The notes beneath the pieces were generated by a model. That model was not told the DNA's origin. It worked only from the letters and a program-made list of their open reading frames with translations, and did no database searches. Made by a program: the position numbers and the translations under genes. Shown in pieces: positions 1 to 13,500 of a stretch of DNA of 64,000 nucleotides (positions are counted from its first letter, which is position 1; each line of letters starts with the position of its first letter). This stretch comes from Harriotta raleighana (lineage: Eukaryota), in contig JBNZDD010013730.1 in the NCBI GenBank assembly GCA_050575255.1, positions 9,270,381-9,334,380 on the forward strand, in the 5' to 3' direction.

Positions 1-1039
1 CAAAAATGGGTTCTCTAGTTCTCAGGTGCATGACATTTATCTAATTTATACTATCAAATCACAATGAAGCTAGTGTGGAGTCCAATATGGAATCAATATT
101 TGTAGCCTTTCAATATTGGTATTAAGTATTCCAAATTACCTCCATCTGTGTTGTATGAAAGGGCAATTGAACTGCATGAATGATCTCAAGTCAGAATTAA
201 CCTGCTGACATAATAGGGGATTCAAATAGCTCTGATATTTTGAAGCGTGCATAACATGAATTTAGATCTGGTCCATCAGCCAATGAGAAGATCTGGACCA
301 TTGGAGAGCTCAGATTAATACCTTAGTTCACTTCTGGTCAATACAAACATAGTACAGTATTAGAGGCAAATTGTGTCATTATGTAACACTGTAGTTTACA
401 TTTCTAGAGTGCCTTTTTATGTTCAAACTATTTGGTACTGCTGGCTGAGCACCCAAGCTCGAGGAGATGCGATCAAAGAGAAACGTCTTCAAAACCTCTT
501 TCAAACAAGAGAAAGAAGCACTGTGAAGGTAATAACATTAACTCTTGTCATAACATACAATAGATTGTCAACAATAATTCCTGAGGTGCCCAAGTGTATT
601 GATGAAATTATGTTTATTTAGGTGACTTCTGAACATAATGAAGGAAAACTGCACAAACAACGGTCATTATCCCACAAAGGACTATGCCATCTGGATGACA
701 CACACTTCAATGAGTTTATAAGCATGAGGTGCTAATGTCACATATGTGTCAAAATCATATCATGTTACATTGCACATAATTAGAAACAATGATGCGGAAT
801 GGCAGGACGAAGGCAGCAATTAAAGAGCCCTCTCCTTAATGCCATGTCATTCAAACCAGTGAAACTGCTTTTCCTCAAACTGCTTGAAATGCTAGTGTCT
901 GTAGGGTTAAGAATTCTATTCGTATAACCGGTAATTCAAAACAAACAGGGATTATTTGAATTCAAGACAATCTCTTACGCCAGACAAAACAATATGCAAT
1001 GCTTACAATCAAAGTCGTCACTTATGATTACTGACCTCA

Positions 1040-1400
1040 TTTGGTCTATGTTCTGGCCAGGGTAAAACTATGTCACAAGCTGAGAAGGTTCAAGGTTTGA
1101 TCTCTCGGTGTGTATAGTACTCAGTTAGCAGATCTCCTCAGTGTTGGGAGTCTTATAACTGAGGGAGCACCGATGGAAGGTTTGGTGGGTGGGGGTAAAG
1201 AGAACAATATCAACCAGAATTCATCCTGTGATACCTATTAAAAATAGTTGGAGCTCAGCTGTGAGAGCCGCTGCAGAGAAACACTTTGCTGACACTTCAT
1301 TGTCCAGGCTCACAGTAAAATGCTCACTTTGGCAAGGTTACTGAGGGTAGTTGGTGCCCGTGGAACTGGACTACTGCCTCAATGAATGCCTTTAGGAAGA
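1040..1400 (+). mobile_element. AmnSINE2-like ancient tRNA-derived SINE, near full length, diverged
   Basis: Segments 'gaaggttcaaggtttgatctct...tcagttagcagatctc' and 'gctcagctgtga...gctgacacttcattgtccaggctcaca...cactttggcaaggttactgaggg' are collinear with the AmnSINE2 consensus as I recall it. Not aligned computationally. Confidence 0.6.
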
Positions 1401-1494
1401 GGAAGGTGAGGAAAATAAAAGGCTGAAGCTGCTGGAAAATCTTGCGCAATTCAAAATGATCAGTAGTGTTTAACTCCCCCTTGCTCATATCCCG

Positions 1495-1575
1495 ACCCTT
1501 AACCGTTCAGCACCTTGGGATGACTTCCCTATGTGAGAGGTGCTCTATAAATGTAATTTTGTTGATATTGTTATT
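1495..1575 (+). mobile_element. L2 LINE (or L2-mobilised SINE) 3' tail fragment
   Basis: 'cagcaccttgggatg...gtgagaggtgctctataaatgtaattttgttg' is the L2 3' terminal motif that recurs across the window. Confidence 0.6.
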
Positions 1576-1984
1576 CTTCCATATCTGGATATGAGAATTT
1601 ACTGTTGCTTTTGCAAGGAGCCAGTGTACAAGCAATGAAAAGCTTTTCTCCTCCTCACAGAAATTTTATGAGTTTTGGAGGTGATTGATCAAAAATATAA
1701 GCATCGACATCAAGAACATTTTGTTGTGTTGGTTAAAATTAATCAATCAATTTGTCATTTCCTTTCACTGGAATTTGTGATTTTAATTTAGTCATGATTC
1801 ATCGATGCCACTGATGCGAAAAGTTATGTGTGATCTAAACTTCAGCGTGGTGTTTGGTATCACATGACAGCAAAGGCTCCATTTTGTGTCCTCAAATGCA
1901 TTTTCCTTCAATTCGTTATGGTCTGTATTTTTTAAAATAAGGTTGAATCAGCTTGACAGTTTAAAAATAAAATAGGAGCATCAA

Positions 1985-2040
1985 GCTCCTTGAGACATCC
2001 TGCCAGAATGAAAGGTGCCATATAATTGCAAAATTTGTTT
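1985..2040 (+). mobile_element. L2 3' tail fragment
   Basis: 'ccttgagacatcc...tgaaaggtgccatataattgcaaa' matches the other L2 tails. Confidence 0.5.
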
Positions 2041-2644
2041 TGCATTATAAACGTGCATTCACAGAGATTTCCTCCGTTGTTGTAGCCTGACAACAGATTC
2101 TTAATAAAACTCTAAATCATCATATGCTGTAACAAACAAATACAAAGAGATCGAACAAAAATCCAGAAACCATCGTACTATAGTTGTTCTCTGAACAATT
2201 TGCATGTAACCGAGCATCATTTCAGAGAAATCGAATCACATGCAGATCACTTGATCCTAAATAATGAAATCCAGTTTTTGTATCACTGCCAGAAAAACAC
2301 AACAGCAGGTCACTAATAACCCAGGACACATTTGAATTGGCTTACCTGATGATGCATGGGCATAGTGTATTCAAAGCTTTGTAGGGTCAGGGCATACAAG
2401 CATTAAAATGGATTGCAATAACCTCAAACACTGCAGCATTTGTGAATACCTTTACAAATTATAGGCTTGCGAGCAATCAGACTAGTTATCACCATCACTA
2501 TCAAACACAATAGCATTCGTGTGCTCTGTATGGATTTTCTGTTTATTTAGCAATAACACGACTTATAAAATACAAAAGACAAAACTTAGAAAATGGATCA
2601 TCTTTGATTCCAAATTTTTACTGATATCCATTTTCCCCCAAAAA

Positions 2645-2700
2645 AGTGCATTTGATATGCTTACGTGAAAGGCGCTCTATAAATATAATTTTGTTCTTAT
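2645..2700 (+). mobile_element. L2 3' tail fragment
   Basis: 'acgtgaaaggcgctctataaatataattttgtt'. Confidence 0.55.
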
Positions 2701-3597
2701 TGAATATGCTTCTTAAAGGAAAAGTGCAGTCAAGGGGTTCGGCAACATTTTTTCAAACGTACTTACCTTTTTAATTCCTCTTTTAATTTTTGGATTAGAA
2801 TTTTATCTACTGCCAAACTGCGAGCTCTCTGAAAAGCACCCATCTGGAAGCCCAAGTGATTTTATCCTAATGGGCCACGCAAGACATTTCAAAAAGTTAC
2901 TGTCAAGCCAAACTGACATTTAATTTTACAGCAGACAGCATGGATAAATTGCACATCAACAAAAGTTGAATTATGCAAAATGTCACATCTAGAAACAACG
3001 AGATAATCTGACCACATTCAATGGATGCATGCTCTGCTCAATTAAAGGGAAATTCCAACAAATGGGTTAGTACAGAATTTCAGAAATGTGTATCCCTTCA
3101 CCTTTATGTTTTTCCAATTACAACCACAATCATAACTCTTGTCTGCAATGAACATGCTCAGAATCTTGGGTCATTTTTATTTGTAACGCTTTGCACAATT
3201 CATTTAAAAAAAAATTATCTCTGTAGTCTGCTCGCACACTCACAGCCATTTTGACTTGACAGCAACTCCGTGAAATGCCCTGTCATAGACTATTAGGATA
3301 AAACCACTGTGGCTTTCACACATTTCACTGTAGATCATACCGAATAACTGTCACATAAGTGCCTATTGGAATTTGGTCGCTCGTCAAGAGTGGTTATAAG
3401 ACAGATCCCAGCACAGTCAAAGACCAATGAAGCCTTTGGCCAAGTGTCGCATACATTTAAAAAATGTCACTGTCAATCAGGAGATAGAAATAGCAAGCAA
3501 AGACAGAGCAGTGCAACCTGAGGGAGATCTTTGGGTGTGTTCAATAAAAGAGATTCCAACTTTAAAAGAAGCAAATGACAGAAACATCATAAAAATA

Positions 3598-3710
3598 AAT
3601 TATAATAATCTTTGCATTCGATATAGCACCTTATCACATCTTCGAGACGTGTCAAAGAGCTTCACAAAATATACTGCAAAGTGAATTGACTGTATATTTT
3701 GTATGCAAAA
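3598..3710 (-). mobile_element. 3' part of the tRNA-headed L2-tailed SINE family
   Basis: Reverse complement matches the 3' half of the full copies at 11594-11913 and 53314-53633 ('atacagtcaattcacttt...atcgaatgcaaagattatta'). Confidence 0.75.
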
Positions 3711-4184
3711 ATAAATTTTAATGGAATGACCTGTAACCAGAATTTTATGAAGTGATAGATTTTACTTTTAATCTCAACTGTGCTGTAGGCCATCTTAAAT
3801 GAGATTTGTTTAAGAGTTAGCACTGCTCTTTACAGTCAAAGCTAAGCTTTCAAGGTCTTGCTCTCAGTTTCACGATTTCATAGTCTCAGAGGGCCCTGAA
3901 CTTTGTACTGAACATTAGCTATGGAAATTAAGGTACCTGATGTAATTTGGGGAGTTAATGAGAAAAACAAATGTTAGCTGTGCGCCCAAAATTCCTACAA
4001 AGTTTTTTTTGCTTGTTTATTGGAGCTGTGGTGACAAAATACTACAAAGGTTTCATTTTTTGGCTGGTTCCCATATATTTAGGTTAACTATATTCTGGAA
4101 AGTGTTTCATTTTCCCAATACAGCAAAATGGTATCTGCATGGCTCTTTAGAAGCCATTAAACTGTATATTAGTTAGTTTGCTGG

Positions 4185-4252
4185 ATATCATTTTTCCTCT
4201 CTCCATGGATGCTGCTGGAGCTGCTGCATGTTCCCAGTGACTTCTGTGTTTA
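4185..4252 (+). mobile_element. Fragment of Penelope-type terminal repeat
   Basis: 'tttttcctctctccatggatgctgctggagctgctgcatgttcccagtgacttctgtgttt' resembles the right arm of the element at 41003-41205. Confidence 0.45.
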
Positions 4253-4384
4253 AACTAAATATTGTGTTGGCTGAGAACTAAAATATATTTCAGAGAAATA
4301 TACCCATGCCAGAAATACAAACATACAGAAAAACACACGGTTGAGGACAATTGTTAGGTGTCAAAAAGAAATACTAGTATACAA

Positions 4385-4700
4385 TCCCCCAAAAAGTAAG
4401 CAAGGTGATGGGAGAGGTGGCTGATAGAACAGTCAAAGGGATGCATCTTAGGATGGGTCTGAAAGGTGGATAGGAAGAAGGCAATGTGGAGGGATTGAAT
4501 TCCAGAGAGTGACCAAGCATGGCTGAAGATTGAGGCAAAAGAGGATGTGAAGCAGACCAATTTTTGCTGAGCAGAGGAAAAAATGGGCTGCAGCGGAGTG
4601 ATGGTGGATCTAGGCTCACAGAGCATGATAAGAGAGGGGACACAAGCTGGGGGGTTTTGAATGTGTATAACTGAAGACCCATGGTGGGGCAAATTGTGAA
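4385..4700 (-). mobile_element. L2 LINE ORF2 C-terminal remnant
   Basis: Minus-strand translation 'FLSTFQTHPKMHPFD' resembles the L2 terminal motif 'LSSFKSLLKTHLFD'. The + strand is purine-rich, as expected for antisense L2. Confidence 0.55.
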
Positions 4701-5299
4701 CCACCAAATTGATGTGCAATTTCCAGCATAATTTGCACTATGTCAAATCATTCAACAATTCTCGTAAAAACTTGTGCAAAAAAAAAACACTTCCACCTTT
4801 GGTAATCTCAAACTGATTGATGTCTGTATACATATGAACCTTTTCGGAAGTCTGACAAAAATCATGACGCCAATGCTTCTTTCAAGTGAATCAGATTATA
4901 TGGTGCAGGCATTAGTCAAATTCAAGTGAGGTGTGAAATAAAAAAAACAATGCAATGCCTTCATAATTTAACTGCTACCTTTCTCAACTTATATATAGAG
5001 TGTTCTATACTCGACCAACCCTTGCAAACAAATATTTCAGAATATCACTGATGAATACCACTAAAACTAAACAGTTACAAAAGTGATATACAGTACTGTA
5101 CTTTTGAAATCTTTTTGTTTAAATAGACTTCTGATGTCGGCATGGGAGAAAGGGAAAGGGGGAGGAATTATACTTTGAGGGGGCGTTCTTGAACCTGACA
5201 GTGGAAGGAAGATACATTAAACATGAGTGAAAAGAAAAAATAACTGAAGTACTCTGGGTTAATGCAGCTGCTTTTCATTGTCATACACAGAAACTTCCA

Positions 5300-5510
5300 C
5301 ACAATAACTTTCATTTATATAGCGTCCCTCATGCTGGGTAGCGTCCCAGCGCACTTGATAGTGGTGGAACAGAACGCCAAACTGGGGGGAGAGGGAAGGC
5401 CAAAGAGGAAAGTCCACAGGCAAGACCTGAAGGTGGAGTAGGGACAAGACGGAGGGAAAGAGGAAGAGTGTTTCAGAGTTTGCAAGCCAAGTTCCCATGA
5501 TGTCACTGGC
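5300..5510 (-). mobile_element. L2 LINE 3' end
   Basis: 'acaataactttcatttatatagcgtccctcatg...cccagcgcactt' is the reverse complement of the L2 tail, followed by purine-rich body. Confidence 0.6.
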
Positions 5511-7859
5511 ACTCAATGATTAAACAGAAACATTCTACACACACCCATACAGCACAGAGTGAGAGAGGGGAAAACACACGCACACACATATTCAACTCAA
5601 TCTTAATTCTTTGGAGCAGATTGATTTTGAAATGCAGTGAACAGTAGTGACACTTGCCCTTTAACAAGCGTGATATGCTGAGAAAGATGAAGCTTTATAA
5701 AGCTGGTAAGAATCCTCAGGGATGTTTATTTCTCAACCTTTTTTCCACCCAATGAGTTTTCAATATGATGGTTTCCTTGGTTCCCAGAATATTCAGCAAA
5801 TTCCACGCAGCTTCATATCCTTGCCAATATCAATTTTTAATATGGAAAGCACACTGAGTTCTTTACTTGAAATAAAATAACTGTCTTAAAATTGTATATA
5901 CTTCAGATTGACACAGTTGAGAAAATAACTCAATTAACTTATGACCACCACTTCCTTTTCTCTCCCACTACCTCCCACCCCCAAAACATTTTTGATTTTG
6001 CTATATTTGGGAGCAAATAATATATCTGTAAATAATAAATAAAAGATCTCCCCCTCACACCACTTCCCCTTTACACAAAAAGTATTTTTTTTTATGACTT
6101 AATGATCAATAGGCCCCAGTCACAACAAAACTATCACTTTTACATGGTCACAGAGATGAACACCTGCAGTTTATTGGTGCAGAGAATGAACTGTGAAGTA
6201 AGAGGAAGATGTGGCATAAACGAACCCAAGTGAGTTAAGAATCTTACGGTTTTGCACCAAAAAAACCTCCACCTCATTGTAGCTGCACCTCCAATGCTTC
6301 GAATAATGCCCACAAATACCACGCTGGTTATTACTGTAAAATCCTATGTAACTGCAAATGCCGTCATTTAATTTCATGAGAAAAAAAAAGACGTTTGAAG
6401 TGTTGCCCATATCAAAGAACTTGAAAAAAGCAGCAACAAAAACGGGAACTCTCTGTGAGGTTTCTCTTAAATGGATGGGTTTGGAGTCCTGTTGTTTCTA
6501 ACCACTGATGTCAAATTTGAAGAGAAATTTGAACAGAAGCCACAGGAAGTTGCTCTGGGTGAATCAGGAGATTTTTTTTTAAAAAAGCATGCCTTTCAAT
6601 GATTCTGCAGAAGACAACACAAAGCCAAATGAATATGTGTTTACAACTGGAACATAAATTTTTTGGGGTGAAACCTTTTTTGGACCCCTTTTTCTTTTGT
6701 ATTTTCACTCGCAACAAAACATTCTGAAATAAATCGTTTTTACATTGTAATTAACTGCAACCAGTATTTAACATACAATATATGTTCTCGGATCTTAAGA
6801 TTAAGCTCTGTGCCCCCAGTCCTCTACAACCAAATCCTATATTTTCTCTCGCAACAGGAAGGCCTGCTTTGCCTCAAGATAATAACCCTATTGCTTCCAA
6901 ATTGTAAGTAAACATCTGTGTGTACTTTAGAATCATTTGTAAAAAGTATACATTGTAATCTTTTGGCGTACATCTTAAACCTTTGCAACCTTTCACAAGC
7001 ATTTTTACTGCAGAAAACAGTTATTTAGAATAATCCTGACACCCACTAACAGTTAACAATTAAGTGAAGGGAGGACGCAAACCATTTTTTGCATTTAATT
7101 CAATGACATATTGTTGCTGCGGGCAATATTTTACTGACCATCTGCCATATTGTTCAACATATCCAGTGAGGTTGCAGACCTAGATCTGGTTGTGCACAAG
7201 GCCCCAGTCTCCACATAAAGTCCTGTAACTCAAGGCTTCAAGACAAATGATGGAAGTCAAATAGCTGAGTGATGTGAATGGACTGAATGACTGAAATGAT
7301 GCAGGTCTGGTATCTCTGATTAAAGTTTTACCCTGTACATCAAGTCGTTGAGATTTGGACTAGACTAGATGGGCAGCCACAACGTCACCATTGTAGGTTT
7401 CAACCTATCTGTCACTCAGACATGTCACTGCTTCAGCTGACAAATGGAGAGGCTGGTAGTTGATGCAGTAAGAAATTGGATTAAAAACAGACTAGGTTAG
7501 TATCCATGTGCAACATTTGCGGATTGCTGTGGACACGTGTAAATGCATAGAGGTGCCTTTAATGACGTAACTAACAAACAATGGAGAGGAATTACAGAAT
7601 CGCTTTGATTTCATTGTTGAAAAATGAAAAGAACTTGGATATTAATGCCTCATAACATCTAAATGCTGCAAATGGTTTTAAAGGTGACTGTTTCCCCTAT
7701 GTAATGATTTTGAAGGCAAAAAACGATTAAAAGCTTCTTCCATTTATTCTTTTTCTAAAGAAGAGTCTGACCAACCTTAGAAGGTGACATCCCCAAATGA
7801 CGATGTCAAGCCATATAAACCGTTCCAATCTATAGGAAACAGTATTCCGTTGAAAAGGA

Positions 7860-7910
7860 TTTTAATCCCGATGTGAAAAGCGCTATATAAATGTAATTTT
7901 GTTGTTGTAA
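7860..7910 (+). mobile_element. L2 3' tail fragment
   Basis: 'gatgtgaaaagcgctatataaatgtaattttgttgttgt'. Confidence 0.65.
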
Positions 7911-8309
7911 TCCATAAGAATAAGACATGGATTAGTAATTCACTAAAATAAAGGAAGCAGAGAATAATTGTAGGGATCTCATTGAAAATTGGAGTGGGGT
8001 GTTTTGAGAGGGGGATATTAAAAGATTTAAAATCTGACAAATCTCTCTCAAGCATTCATACATTCATACATATATACATTCACAAACTCAGTTGTAGTAA
8101 TCTCTTTGATTGGAAAATAGAATATCTTTTCACATATTGAAAATATTCTGACTGGTTTGGAGCGATATTATAGTTCCCAATTGACCTACAATCCACCAGA
8201 TTCTGTATTGGCATTTCTTGTTGTTGAGTCATTATCTAAACATTAAATAGCCGGTGGATCTAATTTTAGGAAACACAACTTCATGCACTTCCATGCCCTT
8301 CAATTGTAG

Positions 8310-8545
8310 TTTTAAGAGAAATGTCTTCACACAGGAGTTAAGAGTGTGGAATTCACTGCTGAAAGCTGTGGTTGACACAAATGGCATTTATGTATTTCAG
8401 AGAAAACAGATGCTTCTACGAGTAAGGAGGGAATAAAGGGGCACGGTTGAGGGGACAAGGAGGGCTGGGGGCTTGTGTGGAGTATAGGGTCAATGAATTA
8501 GTTTGGCTGAATGGCTGAATCTTACCATGCTGTATTACTCTAAAT
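8310..8545 (+). mobile_element. CR1 LINE ORF2 end plus 3' UTR
   Basis: Translation 'RNVFTQELRVWNSLLKAVVDTNGIYVFQRK' matches the CR1 terminal motif RNFFTQRVVRVWNSLP..VVEA.SI..FKR. It is followed by a 'ggctgaatggc' CR1 3' stem region. Confidence 0.75.
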
Positions 8546-11500
8546 ACATTCTGCACCATCCTCCTTTTCTCCAATGTTCTGTGCTGCAACACGTCGTGTA
8601 TTCACAGCAGCACAAATGAAAATGATTTTCTTTACCAACTCTACCTGGCTTCATCTCTACCATGATTCTTGGTAGAGTACCAAATCTGACTGACCTCACG
8701 TCAAAGTAAATGAGATCATTAAGGAAAGCATGAGGACTTGAAGGTGCGTGTCCAAAATAAAATGTTATTTTAATGAGATTGAAATGTGGCCAATTCACCA
8801 ATGAAAATTCCATTTCTCCTTTAAAACCCATGTGTTTAAATGTAATTGATGGTTTAAAGCATTTTCCAGATAATCATGATTTAATAGGGTTGAGCACTTA
8901 TTAAGCCAAAAATTGGTGAAATGTTTGCTTTGCAGAATGAACAGTCGTGTTAATTATAAAAAATTTATTGCCAGTATTATTTGAGGAAAATTGACTATAT
9001 ATTCTTCACTGTGAGTTGTAGAAAAATAACCAAGCATGAAACATTTGCCAAGATGCATCAATTTTCTTTATCTCTTATGCTCTGACAGATTTGGGAACCG
9101 AATTACATATGCTCTAGTTCTTTTGTGCCTTGGCATTTATTTCTGTTCAGCCCTCAAAGGAATAGCAGATTTTTTTTTCCGGCAAGAGACAGTCTTGATT
9201 TGAAAATAAATGTTTGCACAGTATGAAGCATAGTGCAAACAGAATATAATTTACAATCTACATTGGGAGTACATCCTTACATGATACCCCTCGATTTTTC
9301 TGATAATTGTTTTTTTTGCATTACCTTAAAACACTTGAATATTTACTTATGTATATGTTTTGCTTGGTTTTAGCAGCCTATGTGCTAATTTTTTTTTAGC
9401 AATGGATTATGTGCCTGTAGGGTTTTAGCTTGATAAACACTTTGTGAAAGATTGTTGTTGTGAAATTTCTCTCAGGCCCCCTCTTCATATACTTTCTACT
9501 GATAGGACGCTGTGACATAGAGGAATCCATGAGATATTCCAACCATTACAGAACGCGAGAGATCCCACTTTATGCTCTCATCCCCAAATCCAGAACAGAG
9601 AATTTTAATTCAGCACCTGCTGAAGTAGTTATTAGCTTAGCTACAAAGGCCCCCCAAATTACGTCATAACTTTGATTATTATCCACTTGAAGTGGCTCAT
9701 TGTCCTTTATTTCTAATGAAATGATTTGAATCACACTCTGGCCCTCTGCCAGAATAATATCCAAACCTGAAATCAAGACAAAGTATGGTGCACATTTGCA
9801 AATATTGTGCGCATTTGGAAAAATATGGTATCCCCTTTGAAGGATTTCCATGATTTTTGAAAGTTTGATTTTGCCAAAATAGGAAGAGAAATGGTGATTC
9901 AGATAAGTAAATGCTGGGAGTGGCTGTCACTGGAGGGCAGGAAGCAGTCATCATGTTTTCCACTTCAAATTTAGCAGTGGGGTTTGTATAGCAAAACCAC
10001 ATTGTCTCTATTTGCTCTTTACATGAAATGCACCAAAATGTGTGCTTCATTTATTCAGTTTTTATTTCATGTTAATGATGAATTGCACAATGGGAAATTA
10101 ACTGTACTCTTTTCTTTGATTTGGTTTCCATCAATAACTATAAACGAGAACAATCTATACATGCAGACAGTTGAACATAGGTAGAAATGTGGAAGTGTTT
10201 TTAGAGCACTTAACATGACTGTATATAGATGATCTTCATACAAAAAAAACAACATTAAAAGTAACCTCTTGGAAAACTTGCTTGGCAAATTTCTTTACTA
10301 AAAGTAAAAACAATTGATCACTAAACACTGACATTTCAATCGATTAAGACCTGGATACAAGGGAAAGCTCATGACATTTTAAGGGAATGGCTACCATGAG
10401 TTCGTCAATTGGTAAACCACTTTGGTTTTAGAAGCAATCCCAAGAGGTGCTCAGTTTCAAATACTTAACAAAAATCCATGGATATTAACCTAAAACACTA
10501 ATATATTGATCAGGTGAGGGAAGAATATCAATCAGATGCTAATCTGCTCGATCTCGTTGTATGTGAAGGGCTGTGCACTGCCATGCTTTGATACAAAAAT
10601 CTTATGGCCAAAAGACACTAAACAATGTATTGTACAGTATTGCAAAATACCAATAGTTAACACAAGTCAAATAAATATAGAGATTTCATATCAGGTGAAA
10701 TAAGGGTACTCCTAATCAATAGCTTGATAAATAAAGGAAGATGCCCAAATGGTCATAAAACAAAGCAATACAGTATATAAATAATAAGTGTTCTATCGTC
10801 TCAACGTTTGGACTTGTTCTCTATCGTATAATGCGAGAGAGAGAGAGAAAGAGACAACATAAGGTGACGCTAATCAGCAAATAATAGGCATGGCCATAGA
10901 CAGTAAAATAAGGATATTATATTCAACTTATGTGGCAGGCATCCCAAACATATTAAAGTCAAAGCGTGTATCAACATCAAATATAATATTTGAATTTCAC
11001 TAAGAATGTGCATACATTTGACGAGTTGGGAGAGAAAGAGTGAATTGGCATATTTACTTGACGATCAGAAACAGATAAAATAAATCTTCCACATTCCACA
11101 AAATTGTGACAGTTCACCTTGCAAATGCTGGCAACCTGAAGCATCTAGTAGTGTGGTGAGAGTTGAGCATATCTATTTCTGACAGGCAAGACCAGTAGAA
11201 AAGATCTTTCACAATTTGAAGGAGTTAGGTGGGAGTGAATGTTGGTTGCCTTAGAAGGAAAAATTCCACCACACAAATAAAACTAGAACAATGTAGAAAT
11301 TATTCACGTTTATTATACTGCGAAGATCAATGCGAAACAATTTCAAGAAGCCTAGTGACAATGACATTATTTTTATGCTATTTCAGTGAAATAAGTCAAC
11401 CCTCAAAGAAATCAATCAATCACAAAATATATCAGAGACATTGGTTGCTGCTTTCAGTTTAATGATTTTGACCTTCTCATAAAAGTACATTAACAACTGG

Positions 11501-11593
11501 AACATTAGGTTTAGGCTTCTTTTCTAACCCACAATATCTTCTTCATGGGAACGTTGGTTGCTGGGCCTATAAGAAATTATAACAGATAATAAC

Positions 11594-11913
11594 AGGAGTT
11601 CAGTAGCTCAGTGGTGAGAACACCTACCTTGCAAGCAAGAGACCTGGGTTCGATTCCTGGCAAGGGAAAACCTTGGGCTAGTTTCCTTACTCCACACTCC
11701 TGATAACAATCCCTCAAGAAAAACAAACAGTAATAAATTAGTCACTTCAATCCACGACTGTTTGTGGGACACCGCTGTGCGCAATTGGCTTCCATGTTTC
11801 ACATACAATTATACAGGCAATTTGCTTTACAGTACATTCTGCGAAGTGGTTTGCGATGTCTAGAAGACTTGAACAGCACTATATCAAATGCACAGATTAT
11901 TATTATTATTATT
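11594..11913 (+). mobile_element. Full-length tRNA-derived SINE with L2-type tail (SINE2_CM-like)
   Basis: Pol III A box TAGCTCAGTGG (11604-11614), B box GGTTCGATTCC (11647-11657), body similar to 53314-53633, and tail 'gcactatatcaaatgcacaga(tta)n'. Confidence 0.85.
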
Positions 11914-13274
11914 TTTGTTATTATTGATTCAATTATTCATGCCACACCTGAACAGTTGTGGTTTCATTCAACATTCTCTCCTTAGTTCATATTTCTCAAA
12001 TTCTTCCTCATTGCCAAGATCACAGTAGTCAGAAACTTATCCATCTCCTAGTCTTAAGGAGAATTATGCAATTCAGAAAGTTTTGGGATCAGTGACTGCA
12101 TTTTGGTAAGAGAGTTATTAACTTGGTTTAAAAAGCCTGAATGAGGCCTTCACCTGTGGTGAGGGTAAAGATTTTTTTCGAGCAGTTGAGTGTCTAACAC
12201 ATGTGGAAACCTATCACCATACTCAAGAGTATCCAAACCAAGCAACAGAAGTAGAGAGCTTTGCTGTCTGAAGGGTCTTTCTCCACCTTTGAAGTTCTAG
12301 TTTTGACACACTCCAATCTCCCATTAGGAACAACGGACAGTTGTGCGAGGCAAAGATGCAGAGTAAGTTGCAAACAACTGTTACGAGAAGCAATGGCATG
12401 TGTAAGAGTTTACACACTTTGTAGCCTTTTGTACCCAGAGAAAGAGGGAGACTACGCATTTTTCAGTCTCAGTCTTCATGCATTCTCTCATTTGACTAGT
12501 TTCTCAATGCAAAACAGTAAGGCTCGCATTTTTCATTCATTTAATTGGTCTTTTGCCTAAGGCTCCATTAGAGAAAAGAACAAACATAGTCAAGAGAAAC
12601 ATGTGGAGCTGAGTTGTACTGAATTTCATTTGATTGTTCAATGCGCATGCAGAATTTTAAACATATATATTAAGTTATTGTAGTGTAATATTATCATTAT
12701 GCTTGCTTTGTGAACACCAATATGGTTTAAAATGATCAATCCATTCTAGATCTGTGGATTGATAGGAATAATTTTATTGCGATGGGTATACAGTATGTTA
12801 GATTTCATATGTTTAAACTGTCAGAGAAGACTGTCTGCAATCAACCATGAAAAGCAGTTACAATACTATTTGAATCTTCAAAAAAACACATTTTCCAGTT
12901 TTTAGTACAATATGCTTAGAAGATAATTAAAAGGGTCATTGAGCTTTTCACAGGAATAGAAAGCATATAATTTGGCCAGATGAATCTATAGGGTTAGTCT
13001 TTCCACATTTAACTCTCTGAAGCATTTGGCATCATGTTGAAATTCTGACAGATCTTTCAGTATTCTACTTCATTTTGGAAGCAAGCCAAGTTGCATATGT
13101 TGAGTTCTGCAATCTTCATCTGTTTGGTATTAAATTTAAAAATGTTATGGTATCATATTTCCAGTCTTGTGAAACATGGCTCAGTAAGAAACTAATGTAA
13201 AAACAGACATTTCACAGGCATTTTGGGATACGGTAGGGTTAAAAAGCAGCAGTTAACAAAGGGCTTTACTTGTA

Positions 13275-13500
13275 GTAATAATGATAATAATAATAACCCT
13301 TACATTTGATACAGTACCTTATTGCGTTGTTGAGACGTCTCAAAGTGCTTTGCAGAATATATTGTAAAGTGTAGTGACTGTGTATTTTGTGGGGAAAACG
13401 CGGCAGCCAATTGTTCATAGCTGTGCCCCATAAATAGCTGTGGATTGAGTGACCAAATGATTCTTATTCTTTGAGGAGGGAATATTATCCCCAGTGGGAG
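13275..13500 (-). mobile_element. 5'-truncated copy of the same SINE family
   Basis: (TAA)n, then 'ccttacatttgatacagtaccttat...gagacgtctcaaagtgcttt...cggcagccaattg...tggattgagtgacc', the reverse complement of the SINE body. Confidence 0.8.

Noticed and set aside
407-528. Possible + strand exon (ttctag|...gaag|gtaata)
   Set aside because: Weak donor, two open frames and no recognisable peptide.
1507-1527. REST/RE1 left half-sites TTCAGCACC (also about 9609, 16757, 61325)
   Set aside because: None has the GGACAG right half; the first is part of an L2 tail.
11597-11665. tRNA-like sequence (also 53318-53385)
   Set aside because: A and B boxes are present but there is no proper acceptor stem, and the sequence continues into SINE body and tail; these are SINE heads, not tRNA genes.
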